From Tubiluchus corallicola (lineage: Eukaryota; Animalia; Priapulida): 64,000 nucleotides of DNA. How positions within the stretch are numbered: the first letter of the stretch is position 1; every line of letters begins with the position of its first letter. The stretch covers positions 463,771 through 527,770 of the forward strand of contig JAQGDQ010000128.1 of NCBI GenBank assembly GCA_030141605.1, written 5' to 3'. Position numbers and translations under genes: made by a program. The notes under the pieces are model-generated. The model did not search any database and was not told the origin of the DNA. It saw only the letters and a list, made by a program, of their open reading frames with translations. Positions 12,401 to 24,900 of the stretch are shown one piece after another.

Positions 12401-15400
12401 CAGAAGAGACACAAAATATTACAGGAGGTCGCATGTTATCCTTAATCTAGGTCATTAACTTAATAATTGAATGTATTTTCTTTAGAGTGAGGCACATCAT
12501 TGCAATGTTCCAAGTATCAGAAGCATGTAAGAGACCTCTTGTCATGTTTGAGCTCAGAGGTCACGCAAAGTCATCACCTAAAGTATGAAGCATAGAAAGA
12601 ACTGTGGCTTAATGCTATAGTGGGTCACAGATAGAAACAGCAACAAAATGTCTCAAGTCAGTTACACTGTATATGTGCAGTAGACAAAGTGTCTGGGGAT
12701 TTTCTTTGATGTTGCTGTTTTTTCTTTAATTGCAGTTAAGCGTGGAGGTGGGACATGTAAATCCAAGAGCAAAACAGGTGGACAAATAGCTAAACTGTCT
12801 CGACACTCATCTTTCCAAGAAATATGTCTTGTAGCAGAAGAAGAACGAAATAAAATGTTGTCTGCATCAGCACCAGTTTCCCCTGTTAAATTAGGTAATC
12901 TTTTTTCAATCTCATTTTTCTTGTTTTCATCACAAAATTTATGTTTTGCGCAAATTGCCCTTACATGTGGGCTGAGAAATATTAGCTGAGTTTAGTTTCA
13001 TTTATAAACGCTTTTAGAAAAACTGTTGTCAAATACCAATCTCATAGTGACATATCTAATACTCTTAAACAGTTTAAAAATGATGCAGAGCTGGTTTTGT
13101 TGTGCTGCAGTCTTTCTTACTTTGATCTATGTATCTTTTACAGTAAGTTTTGCATCTGAAGAAAAAGAATCACGTTGCCTTTTGGCATATTTAGGGTAAT
13201 AAAATTGCAAATGAAGTAGTTTGGTTGTTTTAAATGGTAAACACTGAAAACCCTATACTCTCTAGGAAATACAAATGTGCAGGGAAATTAGTGCAGTGCT
13301 TTCCAGACACGTGTAACTAGCGTTGCACTTAGCCAGATAATATATTTAAACAGTTGCACATCTTGTCTCATATGTATTTCTTATAGATATCAGAAATAAC
13401 ACATTTTGGAACAGTATTCTATTTTGATATTTTCTTTTCAGATATGCCAAGTAGGATTAAACATGAGTTACTCTCATCAGAACTAACCAAATCAGCTCGC
13501 TCTTTAGAAAACACTAGTTTAAACAAACAGGAAAGAATATCTGGGAAGACAAGTCTTACTACAACTTCTGAGTTTCACATTGGAACAAACTCTTTCAATG
13601 AGAGACCGACTATAAAACAGTTACAACCAAATAAAGATTTACATGTTACAATTTCAATAGACAATAATCGGGAGCAAGTGGAGCAGAACCTTGCTGCTCG
13701 TGTGATTACTAATCTCAAAACTTACAGCAAAAAAGCATCAGTTCAAAAAAGAAATCAATTTGCTAATGGCAATCGCATGAAACCGCCTACCCAGGCTGTG
13801 ACGGCTGCTAAACGAATTGTACTAGCAAAAGAAGACAGCTTAAGAATAACTGAAGCTATAAAGACCGCTCAAGCGCAAAGGCAAAGAGACTTGAGAACAA
13901 ATGAACAAGGAATGTCACAAAAAAGCTGTGAACAGCAATGTAATTCATCGGGGAGTTACAGAAGTGTCTATAATTTCAGCAAAAAGTCATTTTCTACTTG
14001 CTATGTTAATGGTCAGAAAGTCCAAATTATTACCATTCCTCCAGTGAAAACATCTTTGGCTAAAAAAGCCGCAACCTTAAAGGGGCTGGCCAAAAATGTA
14101 GTTTCGCCTTCGCTGGGAACCTGCGATCAAAGTAATGTTAATTATGAAATGACTGACTCTAATTGTAAAGACTGTAGTGAACATGATATCAGTGATGAAA
14201 TAGTTCACACTGTTAGCACTTCTAACGATGGTTCTCCGTCTCACAAAAACTTTTTGCCAGAAGCCTCTGTTTGTAAGCCTGCTGCAGATGGTACTTTGCA
14301 TGGTAGTCAATGTCTAGATATAGATCAGCATACCAAGGGCAAACCAAACACATTTAAATCGACTCTTCGTCAATCCTCTGATCCAGTTTTTACTACTAGC
14401 AGTAACACTGAACCATTGCATAAAGGAAGACAAGAAGAGTCAGCATCTTTAGAGTTGCCTCGCCCAGATTCTACCAGCAGCATGTTGGAATTAGCTTCCA
14501 TCTTCGATGAAGAAAGTCACAGCATCGATGCACCTGCTGACAGAATAGAAATTCCTCGGTTTCCATCTTTCGGGTTTTCCCGTTTTCCGTCTTTCAATTG
14601 CGACTTGCTTCCTTCTGCCCTGGAACCACTCGCAGAGCAGCCTGCAGGGTTTACAGGAAACAGTTTTACTTCGCTAACTTCTTCTTGCCGCCAGACGGGA
14701 CAATTTGATAAAAATCAGACTGAATCAGAGTTACCTACAACATTTCCCAGTTTTAGCAGTTTGAACCATATGGGTACACTCAGTACAGAAGCAAACGTTA
14801 CTATAGACAACTCTGATTTGTGTCCATATGGCACAAAGTTCACCAATCGTCAGGCTGAAGACATGTTGTCATTTGTGCTTGCTGAATTTGAAAATCATAT
14901 GGCGAAACTGAAAGAACTTGAAGTTGATCAAACTAAAGCTGAAAACGTAACAAAAGCACCAATTGCTGATGAAAGTTCTCACATTAGCAGCAACAGACAA
15001 GCTGATGACGGATTTTCTGGAAGCTCTCCAACTGTATCTCCGCGTTCTGTTTATTCGGAGAGTGGTGATCTTTCGCGATGTTCCTTGTCGAGTGCAAGCT
15101 CAAACTCCTCATCTCTTCAGGATATACCGCAACAACAGGGCCAACCTGTTACATTTTCTGATGAATTCAGAAGTTTTGTGTCAACCCGCACACCACAAAA
15201 ATCGTTACCCGATAACAGCAACCCTGTGAGTAGACATTCTGAATAATATATTGTCTTACATGCTTACATTTTCATTAAAAGTTCACAAGTTAATATTTCA
15301 CTATGAGACTCACATATATGAAATTAATATCCGTTGCACTCATTACAAATTGTGATCAACCAAATTTAGGAATTTAGTCAAACTGAATCATAGAATACAC

Positions 15401-17863
15401 AATATGTTTTGATACTATGGATAAAATGCTTCTCATTGTAATAAATTTATATTTATGTAGTGCAACTATTTCTATTCAACTGTTCCCATGCCCATATTTA
15501 TATCTTTCTGGAGTAGTTAGCATTGTATTTTAAAAGTGCTCTTTCTAATGCTGCCTGGTTTATGCTCATAAAAAGTTTTGTTGCACGTGCAAATCAATTA
15601 TGAGCGTCCTATTAGCTGCCAATCTGGTCCTTTATAAGGTTTTTTCCAAAATCTTGATAGGCTGATATTGGCCAGCTGACCCCAGTCTCAACGTAGTCTC
15701 TTGCAGCTATCATATGAGGATAAACAAAAATGCACATTACTGTAGACATTTTAGAAGTGCAAGATACATGAGCAGTTGAGCAGTAACAGTACTCTTCTAT
15801 CCACGTCCATGGATTATATCTACTCTAGTGACTAGCCAATTGTGGTCAGTCAGTAGCGAGTGTTTATTTTGGTTGGTAATCTTTTCTCATATCTATGTGC
15901 AACCCAACGTTTGTGCAGTGCATTTGATATTACTTGTGACTTTATGTTTCTTTTTTATTCTGAAGAACGATAAGTTTTTACCAACCAGAATTCCCAGTAC
16001 ACCCTTGAGGACTACCCCACCAGCAGATTGGAATGGTTTATTTCATGGAAACACTGGAGCAAGTTGCCGCGATTCACCTCTAAATCCCACTACGCCCAGC
16101 CGTGCTTTGCAGCTACATAGTAAGCATTGTTTTTGGAATACACTATTCTGGTACCTTTATTGTAAATTTAATTTCAAAGTGAAAATAATTTTTTGTATTT
16201 TGCACAATTTAGGACTGTGCAAAACTAAATCCAATTTTTGTCTGGAGCAGCAGTACAAGTATGACAGAACTTAGTACCAAACTCGTTTAAGGCCAACTTT
16301 TTTGCATTCTCAAAGTAGACAGTATAAATATATTTGATTGTATGTTCTTGATATCTGAAAACAAGAAAGCTTCAACCACAGGATTTCTATATTACTCAAG
16401 CTGCTACAGTACTGTACACAGTACAGAGCAAAATAGGTGTGCTTAACAACCTATCTTGAGCAACACTGGACTTGGTTAGTAAATAGATGTGTAATCGATC
16501 ACCACCAGGATAATTCTTTCTCGGTCTCTTCCTGTCGTTTTATGACTCGCTCCATGTGCCGAGGTGTATAAAAGAACATTAACAGTACAGTCACCGCCGT
16601 TTTTACCTACAGATCCATTTAATAAATTTTTTAGTTTTCTAATACTGCCAATTTACTAGCAATTCTAATTTTTGCATATATTTTATCTACTAATAATACT
16701 GTAGCTTTCAATTATCAACAATAGAAATGTTAATACAGCACTTTAGTGTTGCTCAAGAACATAAAGCAATTTGATTTTGCACCAAAACAAGGTGAAGGAT
16801 AAAATTTGTTTATTGTGATTGAATTTATAATTGATATTACCTATTACACTCAATGCAGAATCTTAAATTTTAGATATAAATTGATTTATTTATTTAGATT
16901 TATTTAAATTCTTTAGATTTAAAATACTTATAGCACTTTGCTGTATACCAAAAAGATTACTGACTCTGCTTTGTGTCAGCTTGTACTGGTTCATGCTCTT
17001 GTGTTTCATTTGGCAGTGCAGCAACAACAGATACTGCATTTTTCCTTGGATAAAGTTATTGCCACTTTACATGGTTAGTCCATGTGCTTTACTTGTTTAC
17101 CGAGAGCTTGTAATGTCAAGTGTGTTACATGGGCTTAATTTGGTTTAATTTGGAGAAGCCCAACTAAAGACGTTGTATTTCAGCATTATATTTACATGCT
17201 GGTATCACATTTTTTAGTTAAAATCTTGTCATGTGTTTTATTCAGGAAATGAGCCAACCACTCCTCAACATTCTGAAGTAACAGATGAAGATTTATCAAA
17301 CAAAGATTGCTATGTGAAGCCTATGAACCACAGCTGGTCAACTTTCCTTAAAGGTGAATAATTTATTTTTAAAAAAGTAGCTCGTTGGCTTCTTACCACA
17401 TCTGTTGTAGGTACTGAGCTGTTCGATTATAGGTAAATCATTGCCATACACAAACGACACACTGGGTTTTCAGTTTCTTTGTGTCATTAGATATCATTGC
17501 CATACACAAACGACTCACTGGGTTTTCAGTTTCTTTGTGTCATTTAGATCCACAGATGTTTATGATCTTCAGCTTACAAAGTAAACACTGAGTTATTCTG
17601 AAAATTTGCACGTGCCATAAACAACTATGAAATTAACTTTTTGCTTCGAAAGTCAAAAGCCTTTTGGAAAAATAACACTACATTATGAAGAGATCAGCTG
17701 GCTTTGCAACACACGCAGTTAATTATACTATCGACACATTTCATTCCACCCGTTTTTTCCAGACATACCACAAAATGTTAATGCATGTGAGACACCAGTG
17801 CAAATGAGATCCGATGATATCATTGGTAAGAGAGCATGTCTCTTTGCGGGCAAGGAACTATAG
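6496..17863 (+). CDS. E2F7/8: Atypical E2F transcription factor (E2F7/E2F8 family, two DNA-binding domains), about 1419 aa by my exon model
   Basis: Exons 6496-7089, 7477-7712, 8078-8157, 8524-8654, 9444-9600, 10127-10194, 10422-10506, 11103-11243, 11626-12087, 12736-12894, 13442-15225, 15966-16119, 17246-17353, 17763-17863 (TAG), all in phase. Motifs: [21 protein letters not shown]1 [14 protein letters not shown]...[16 protein letters not shown]2 [13 protein letters not shown]...[11 protein letters not shown], and RHSSF...SAPVSPVK. The last three exons rest on splice signals and phase only, so they are less certain. Confidence 0.93.
17437..17544. repeat. Tandem duplication, 56-bp period, two copies
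   Basis: ATCATTGCCATACACAAACGAC(A/T)CACTGGGTTTTCAGTTTCTTTGTGTCATT starts at 17437 and again at 17493, in the last E2F7/8 intron. Confidence 0.9.
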
Positions 17864-18952
17864 GATGTTTGTGTCATTGGAAAGCTGTCAGAAATGGTTT
17901 ATCGACAGATTATTTGATTTACTTGTTAAAGTGTGAATAGGATGGCAGTACTTCTGCAAACTGTTGTGTTCCACTTCTCTTTTAAACTAATGGTCATTGG
18001 CATTGTCTCGCAAATTTGCACATTTACAAGTGGAAATTGCAAGCTAACATTTTGCCTGCATAATTGTGGGCTATTATGAAATCAACTTGTAGTTGTTCAG
18101 CAGTAGTGAACGTGTGCTTGTTTTATGTAGAAATGTCATTTCTAATTATTACATAATTAAATGTAATTTCATTAGCACATGTAGTATAAAATTTTTTTTA
18201 GGAATTGTGTTTGAGAACTGAAAAGTGATAGTGTTGTAGCTCATTAGTGGTTTACAAAACAGTGCTTTCTCAGTTTTCCTACTTTCCTTGTTGAGAACGT
18301 TAATTAGTACTATAATATGTTAGTAACTAGTAAGAAAAAGTTAATGGCTTGTTTTTATTGATAGTTCTTTTTATTGTAATTTAAAACTTCATTATCACAG
18401 ATTTGTAAACATGTTGTCCTTATATGTTAATGTGTAGTGCATATTATATGATAGCATAAGTATGAGAAGTGAAAACTGAATAATTCTATTTTTTAGCGAA
18501 ACACTGTGCAGCGAATACATAAAAGACTGCAAAAGCGAAGAGTAGATTGCCATGCATTTTGTTTGAATCTGATATACATCACCAGCTACATGGTGTGCGG
18601 CTGTTACATTTACAAAACTGTTCAATAAGAAACAATTTTCTTAGTTTTATTACATTTATTAGCGTTTCCTTGATCTGACAATATACATTAATATTCCCCT
18701 CCTAAATACACTTCACTGAATGTAATCTACATTCTTAAGTTATTTCACATTATCACTCTCTTCACAGTTCTGCAGAATGAAGAATATTTCATTTCCATAG
18801 TATGAATTCCTGAACTGATTCTCTATTAATGAAATACACCACAACCATCGCTGCATTAACCATCAGCATGAAAACATGATAATAGGAGTTATGCACAGAA
18901 AGTACATAATTTCTCAATAACTAACAAAGAAATTTGATAAATTAGCCCAACA

Positions 18953-21900
18953 TCAATAATTATATTTCAGCTTCCTTGGCTTGAAATATTCCTTTACCAC
19001 ATCGTCTGTAACTTTCGCGCGAAGTTCTTGATGCTTTCCAACTACGTCATGTAGAATTCCTATAAGTTCTTTCTTTAGATGACCAGTTAGAAGTTCTCCA
19101 CTAGTATAATCCTGAAATAATGAACAGTGCGTGCATCATCAGATATATCTAGTGTAAGGGATACATTACATTTATTAAGGAGTCCCTTCACAAGTACTGT
19201 ATGGAAATCTTCGAAGCACCAAGCATGTTAGAGTAGTGATTACAAGATGAAGTTAACAAGCTTGGTAAAGTTTAAATTATCAAGCACAGCAGCAAATAAC
19301 CAAGCAATTAGATTTCAGTTCAGAAAATGTGCCTAAAAAATATTGCTCAACAAAATTTTGTCAATTTACTCTTTCCATCTGCCATACGAAGAAAATAAGC
19401 CAATTCAAAATCTCTACAAAATGTAGTATATTTCAATCGAAACACAATTTTACATTAAAGACGTGAAAAGCTCCCTGCAATTTTAATCGTCACGAATTGT
19501 TGGAAAAGCATCGAATATTTGGAAGTCTTCAAAAAGAACTTCTTAAGCATTTGATTAAGTCAGGTAATCTTATAGTGGTGGATTCTTGTTCTATTCCCAC
19601 AGATTGCTGTCTCACTATCTAGCTTTGCCTTGCTACATGTCATAAAGTGTGCAGCTGTTTTGTTTAAGAAGTTGCAACCTATTCGTTTTCAGAAACTACT
19701 ATCATTTATTGTTTGCAAACATCTTTCACATGTTTAACCCTACTTTATATTATATAAACGGTAAAAATACCTTCATAGCACTTTAAAGTACTTACGCATG
19801 TTTAAAAAATTTCATAAATTATTTATATATCATTTGTTTAATTCGAGAGAGATACACGCTGCATGTAGTGACATCTATTGGTAGGAAAGATGTAGCACTA
19901 TAAGCTGGTGTTCTCTTAAGACTATTTAAGTCATGATTTACTTACCACTCGAATCTTTTCTAACTTATCATCATCTTCAAGGAAGAATGTCAGGTACTGG
20001 TAAGAAATGTCAACATCACATTTACCTCCAAGACGTCGGTGTTCTTCCACCGTTGCTTGGCCACCAGAGAACGCATATTTGTTTATCTGTTAATAATATA
20101 TTTAAACCTTTATTCCACCAAAATCGTTATGGCTGTGACACGGTTTAGCATTGAGCACAGTTGAATATAATGTGCACAACTTTCACACAATACGAGGCTG
20201 ATAAGACTATAGAAATCCACTACACGTTTACTTCACATTTTTAGATGGCCATTTTGTAGGTGATGCATATGATCTACCTTTAGCAGTTAATCCATCGCCT
20301 CCTGGACCATGACAACTTTTATTAATACAAAATAAATTATGAAAAGCCTGTACTGAAAATCTAGTTATAACAAGTCTGTTTGCCCAGCATTTTTCCAGTT
20401 ATATAGAGGCATAGCGAAATTGCCTGTTAAAAACTGATTATCCAACTCTTCTACCTCCTTTCTATATTACTTAAGTGCTCATTAAGAGCCACTGTTCCAC
20501 GTAATGACAGAAAGTGATTTTTCTTGGCACATAAGAAGTACTTTCACACAAGACTTTTGAATCTTGCAAAAAAAATTAATGGTAAACTATTGTTAATAAC
20601 AGGAATTATCTTCATCTTAAATAATTTTGCAGCAGTAAAAGTTTATCTGTCAGTAAAAAGCAATAATTCATTATTTGCAAGCTTAAGAACAGCATTATTT
20701 CAGAAATGAGTTCTAAAAACAGCTTTTCAAAAACAATTTCATTTTTGCTAAATTGTAATTTAGTGGAGGATCATATGAACACTAGGTGTTTGTTACTCAT
20801 TCTCTACAAAATCAGCCACAGACAAGCCAATGCAACATTTATCGAACATTTGTCTATGAAACTGCAATGACAACTGATCCAATAAATGGTATGGAATGAA
20901 CCAGTTTTGGGCTCGTTTTTCATTAAGCATTTTCACTGAAAGATGTTGAAAATGAAAAAAATCTTATAACAAGAAAAGCTTATTATAAAAAGACAGTTCT
21001 CAAATCCACCATGAGTTCAATGCCGGACAGTCTGATGTTTTTACTTACAGCACTGCTGCTGCTAAAAGTACTGGTATCATTAATTAAACAAAATCCTGTA
21101 TTTGCTAAAAAATGCATTCCAGTCTTGTTTTTTTCAAACATGATGTTAATTCCCACCTATCAATTCATTAAGAATTTTCCTTTTAAAAGAAACTGCATGT
21201 ACCTTGGTCTTAATCTGTTGCTTAGTGTCAGTTAAAAATACTGAAGAGTTTGGTTCACTAGCACTCATTTTCGTCATTGCACCTTGTAGAGCTGGGATGA
21301 AAGTAGAATGAATTAATGACGGTTTGGGATAACCAAGCCTAGGTGCCACATCCCTTGTGATTCTAAAGTAAGGGTCCTGAAACAGCATTAAAACCATGTT
21401 AATGTGAAACAAACACCCAGATTTACAAAACAATGTTTTATAGAATATCAGCAAAAAATCTCAGTCACTACAAACGTTTTGCAGATAAAATGAAAAACCA
21501 ACAAACTATTGCAAAAAAGGCCACACCAGAAACTGTCGAATGAAAGATTAATGTAAGTGTACAAGCAAAAAAGGGTGACACAAAGTATTCAGTGTTTTAG
21601 ATAGCTGATAACATTTTTTGTTTAAATTCTCTTTCTGCTTTACAATTAATTATATCTTTCCTAAGGGATACAGTAAACTCTGCATAACTCAAATCCAACC
21701 GGATGAAAAAACTTTGAGTTAGGCGATGTTGACCATTCTCCAGCATAGAAACTCTAAACCTCTCCATCATCAGACGGCGAGCTATTTAGAAGGCAAAAGG
21801 TCAATCCTTCTATACATAAACAACGAGACATGATGACAATTACATAAAGAATAACAAATTATGTAGTGAGACAACGATTTTTTTAGTGTTACAGAGACAG

Positions 21901-24900
21901 AGAATTCGAACAGACAATGACAATAGAGTGATTGTTTTCACGTCGCTCACTGAGACTTTCCCCGGAAAGATCAATCCCGGAGAAAATAATCTGGGGGCGC
22001 GACTTGAAAAAAACATCAGAATTGTCCCAGAAGACGATGCCATTTTTGAGTTGTGCAAACTTTTTATTTTTCTAGAATATAAATTGCACTTTTGAGTTAG
22101 GCAAAGTAAATTACATGTATTTTGATTAAATGGACCATAATTTTTTATCTGAGTTGGGCAAAATTTTGAGTTACGCAATGTTTTTTGTGGGAAAAACAAA
22201 GGATTTCATCTGTTCTGCTGAAATCTTTTGAGTTGGAGGAAAATTTGAGTTATGCAATTTTGAATTAAGCGGAGATTACTATATTTCGCAGTTGGATTCT
22301 TTATGCCAAAGTTGAGCTAACTGTGGTGTAGAATTTTTCAAATAAAATGATAGTAACAAATTTCTTGCAATAACTTTTATGAAACTCACAAGCATAAGGC
22401 AAAATGCACTAATTAAAACTAACCTGGTCAATAGCACACGGAATGAGACACGGAATATCTGTCTTATCTCCAAATATTTGTGGAAATGAGTTGCTAAATG
22501 AGGTGACTGCTTGTATTGCAGGAAAACTGATCTTGCCAATGCAATCACTTTCAGTAAATCCAAAGCACCCTTTGACTTGATTGAATGTGACACACTTTTG
22601 GAATCGTATCATGTTACGATAAAATGCCTGTGATGACCTATTATTAAACACAAAACAAATAATAGTATGATTAGACCAATTAGAAACACATATTCAAGGA
22701 ATCATTGAAAAGTACGGTGAAAATCTGCTAGCCAAAAGCAAAGTTAGCCAGGTACAGATATATTAGCCAAACTACATTACCATTTACCATTTACTTATTG
22801 CATTAGAGAATTTAATTTCGTGTATTTTTTTTTAAATTTCTTTAGATTCATTGAAAAGTAGCCAGCAGTTTTCACTTTCGTATTACGTTAGCTCTTGCAG
22901 TGGAATGCAACCGTCATTTTTACACTACACCCTAGCAACACTAATTTAAAAGTAACAGATGCTTATAAAAATAAAATTTTGTTTAACTGTTAAAAATTAA
23001 CAGTTTGTGTATGCAACGCATTTAGTACTTTCAAAAAAATGATGTTATCACTTCAAATGTTCAAAAACTGTTGTACATAGAATGTGAGAAACTATGGCTA
23101 TGTTGAAATTCAAACAATCCCATACCCTATATATTCCATGTCACTAAAAATGAATGTTTTCTCTACATCAAATCCGATGGCTATTATGTCTTTAGCATTT
23201 TCTACAGCCAGCCTATAAGCCTCATCAACAGTCAGGTCTCTCCACAGAAACTTCTCGTCATCAGTTAGCTGAATGATCAAAGGTACATCGAAGACATCTT
23301 GCAACCATCTAAATGAAACCAAAACTACACCATCAGCAGCACTCTAATAAAAAATGATTACACAAAAAGCAATGCACAATATTATGAAATCACAAACACA
23401 AAGCTTGAGTTAGGTTACAAATTAATCAGATTCTAAAATTCTGCTATGAGAGTACGTACTGTACACATGAGCTGTAAAAATTTTGGCCAGCCATAGGCTC
23501 TCCTAAGTACAAAGTCAAATTAAGTGTCATAATGACTTAACGCTACTGGTGTACATACTGTATATAATGCAAAGTGTTCGAAAAATAAAAGACGCCAACG
23601 ATCTTCATGGTTAATATCAGGTTAAAGTGTGTCACGGTATGAAGCGTACCAAGTTTAATTTGCATTGTATAAAGCCATCGAGGCCAAACTTTAAATACGC
23701 CAACATAGGGATTGTCTTGTATAATGAATAAACCTTTAAAGTCGAAGTCCTTTCCCTAATTGATATGTGCATTTCTTAGTCAACCACATCAATGGCAAAC
23801 TGAAGAAAAGCAGGTTTAACTAAGGCTGCAGTGCTGCTGGGTCTCACACCGGAGCACCTCTGTAATTTTGGATAAGATTTATTGATTTTTGGAATGCTAA
23901 GTGGTTAACTTGGCCTTGTTTCTGCAGTGATGTAACAATACTAGCTGCAATATAGTTCTAAAATTCTCCTCCTTAACAAAAGAATGCATTAAGATGGTTC
24001 TGCGATGCTCACATGTTTTTACAATGTATTTTCATTAAATTAATTTTACATGTTCTAATTCTTCAGCATGAGTAAATTTTCCACTTCATATAAGGTTTAA
24101 AAGATTTCTACTCCTACCAAAAAGTTATGCACAATCGCGTACTATTTGGGTCTTTATTCTGATGCCATTATTTTATGCTGCAACTCCCGAAGACCAAATA
24201 TAAGTCATACAACTTTTATAAGCTGAAAGCTGCCTTGATGCTGTCACGGTAAAGTTCTCCAAATACAGATCTAGAACTTGTGCCTCCACATTGTTATTCT
24301 CAAGTCATTATGCAAAAATGTGGCTATGATCCTAAGTGCTGGTGTAGCTATACCAAAAATGTTCCACTTCACATGGTTTATCATTCTGACGTTTTAATAC
24401 ATTCAAATGTGTTTGCCATTGACACGTAATGTGCACAGTTTTACGTAAACATGTGCTAAATAAATAATTTATAAAGCAATTGCCACCTAATTTTTGTAGC
24501 TTAAGTAATCTTCTTTCTGTGGCGTTACTTTTTATTAGTATGTATGTGAATGTCTAATTTTATGGCAATAAATGAAGCGATATAGTGAAAACAGGAATGT
24601 ACATATATATATATATATATATATATAACTAATATAACAAATACATCATACGTGAAAAGACCAATTTTATGGTACAGAAACAGAGTAGGTCAGTACAATT
24701 CAATGTCTAGTGCAAGCACAGCACTTTAATGCATAACAAATTAATAGTCACATTATTTTGGAATCAGTAAGTGGCACAAAATTAACAAAAGCACACACGA
24801 ATATGTTTTTGTGATAGTGTTAAGCTGCTGAATTGTTAAGACAGCTTATTAAGCATAATGCAACTTACTTAGTAAACATAAATGGAATCAAGTGTCCCAG

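Noticed and set aside
17864-18952. Overlapping 3' UTRs of convergent E2F7/8 and WARS1
   Set aside because: Candidate poly(A) signals (+ strand ATTAAA ~18156; - strand AATAAA ~18650 and ~18360) allow non-overlapping ends, so overlap is unsupported.
21840-22199. ORFs inside the WARS1-intron MITE
   Set aside because: No recognisable transposase (DDE or HTH) motifs.
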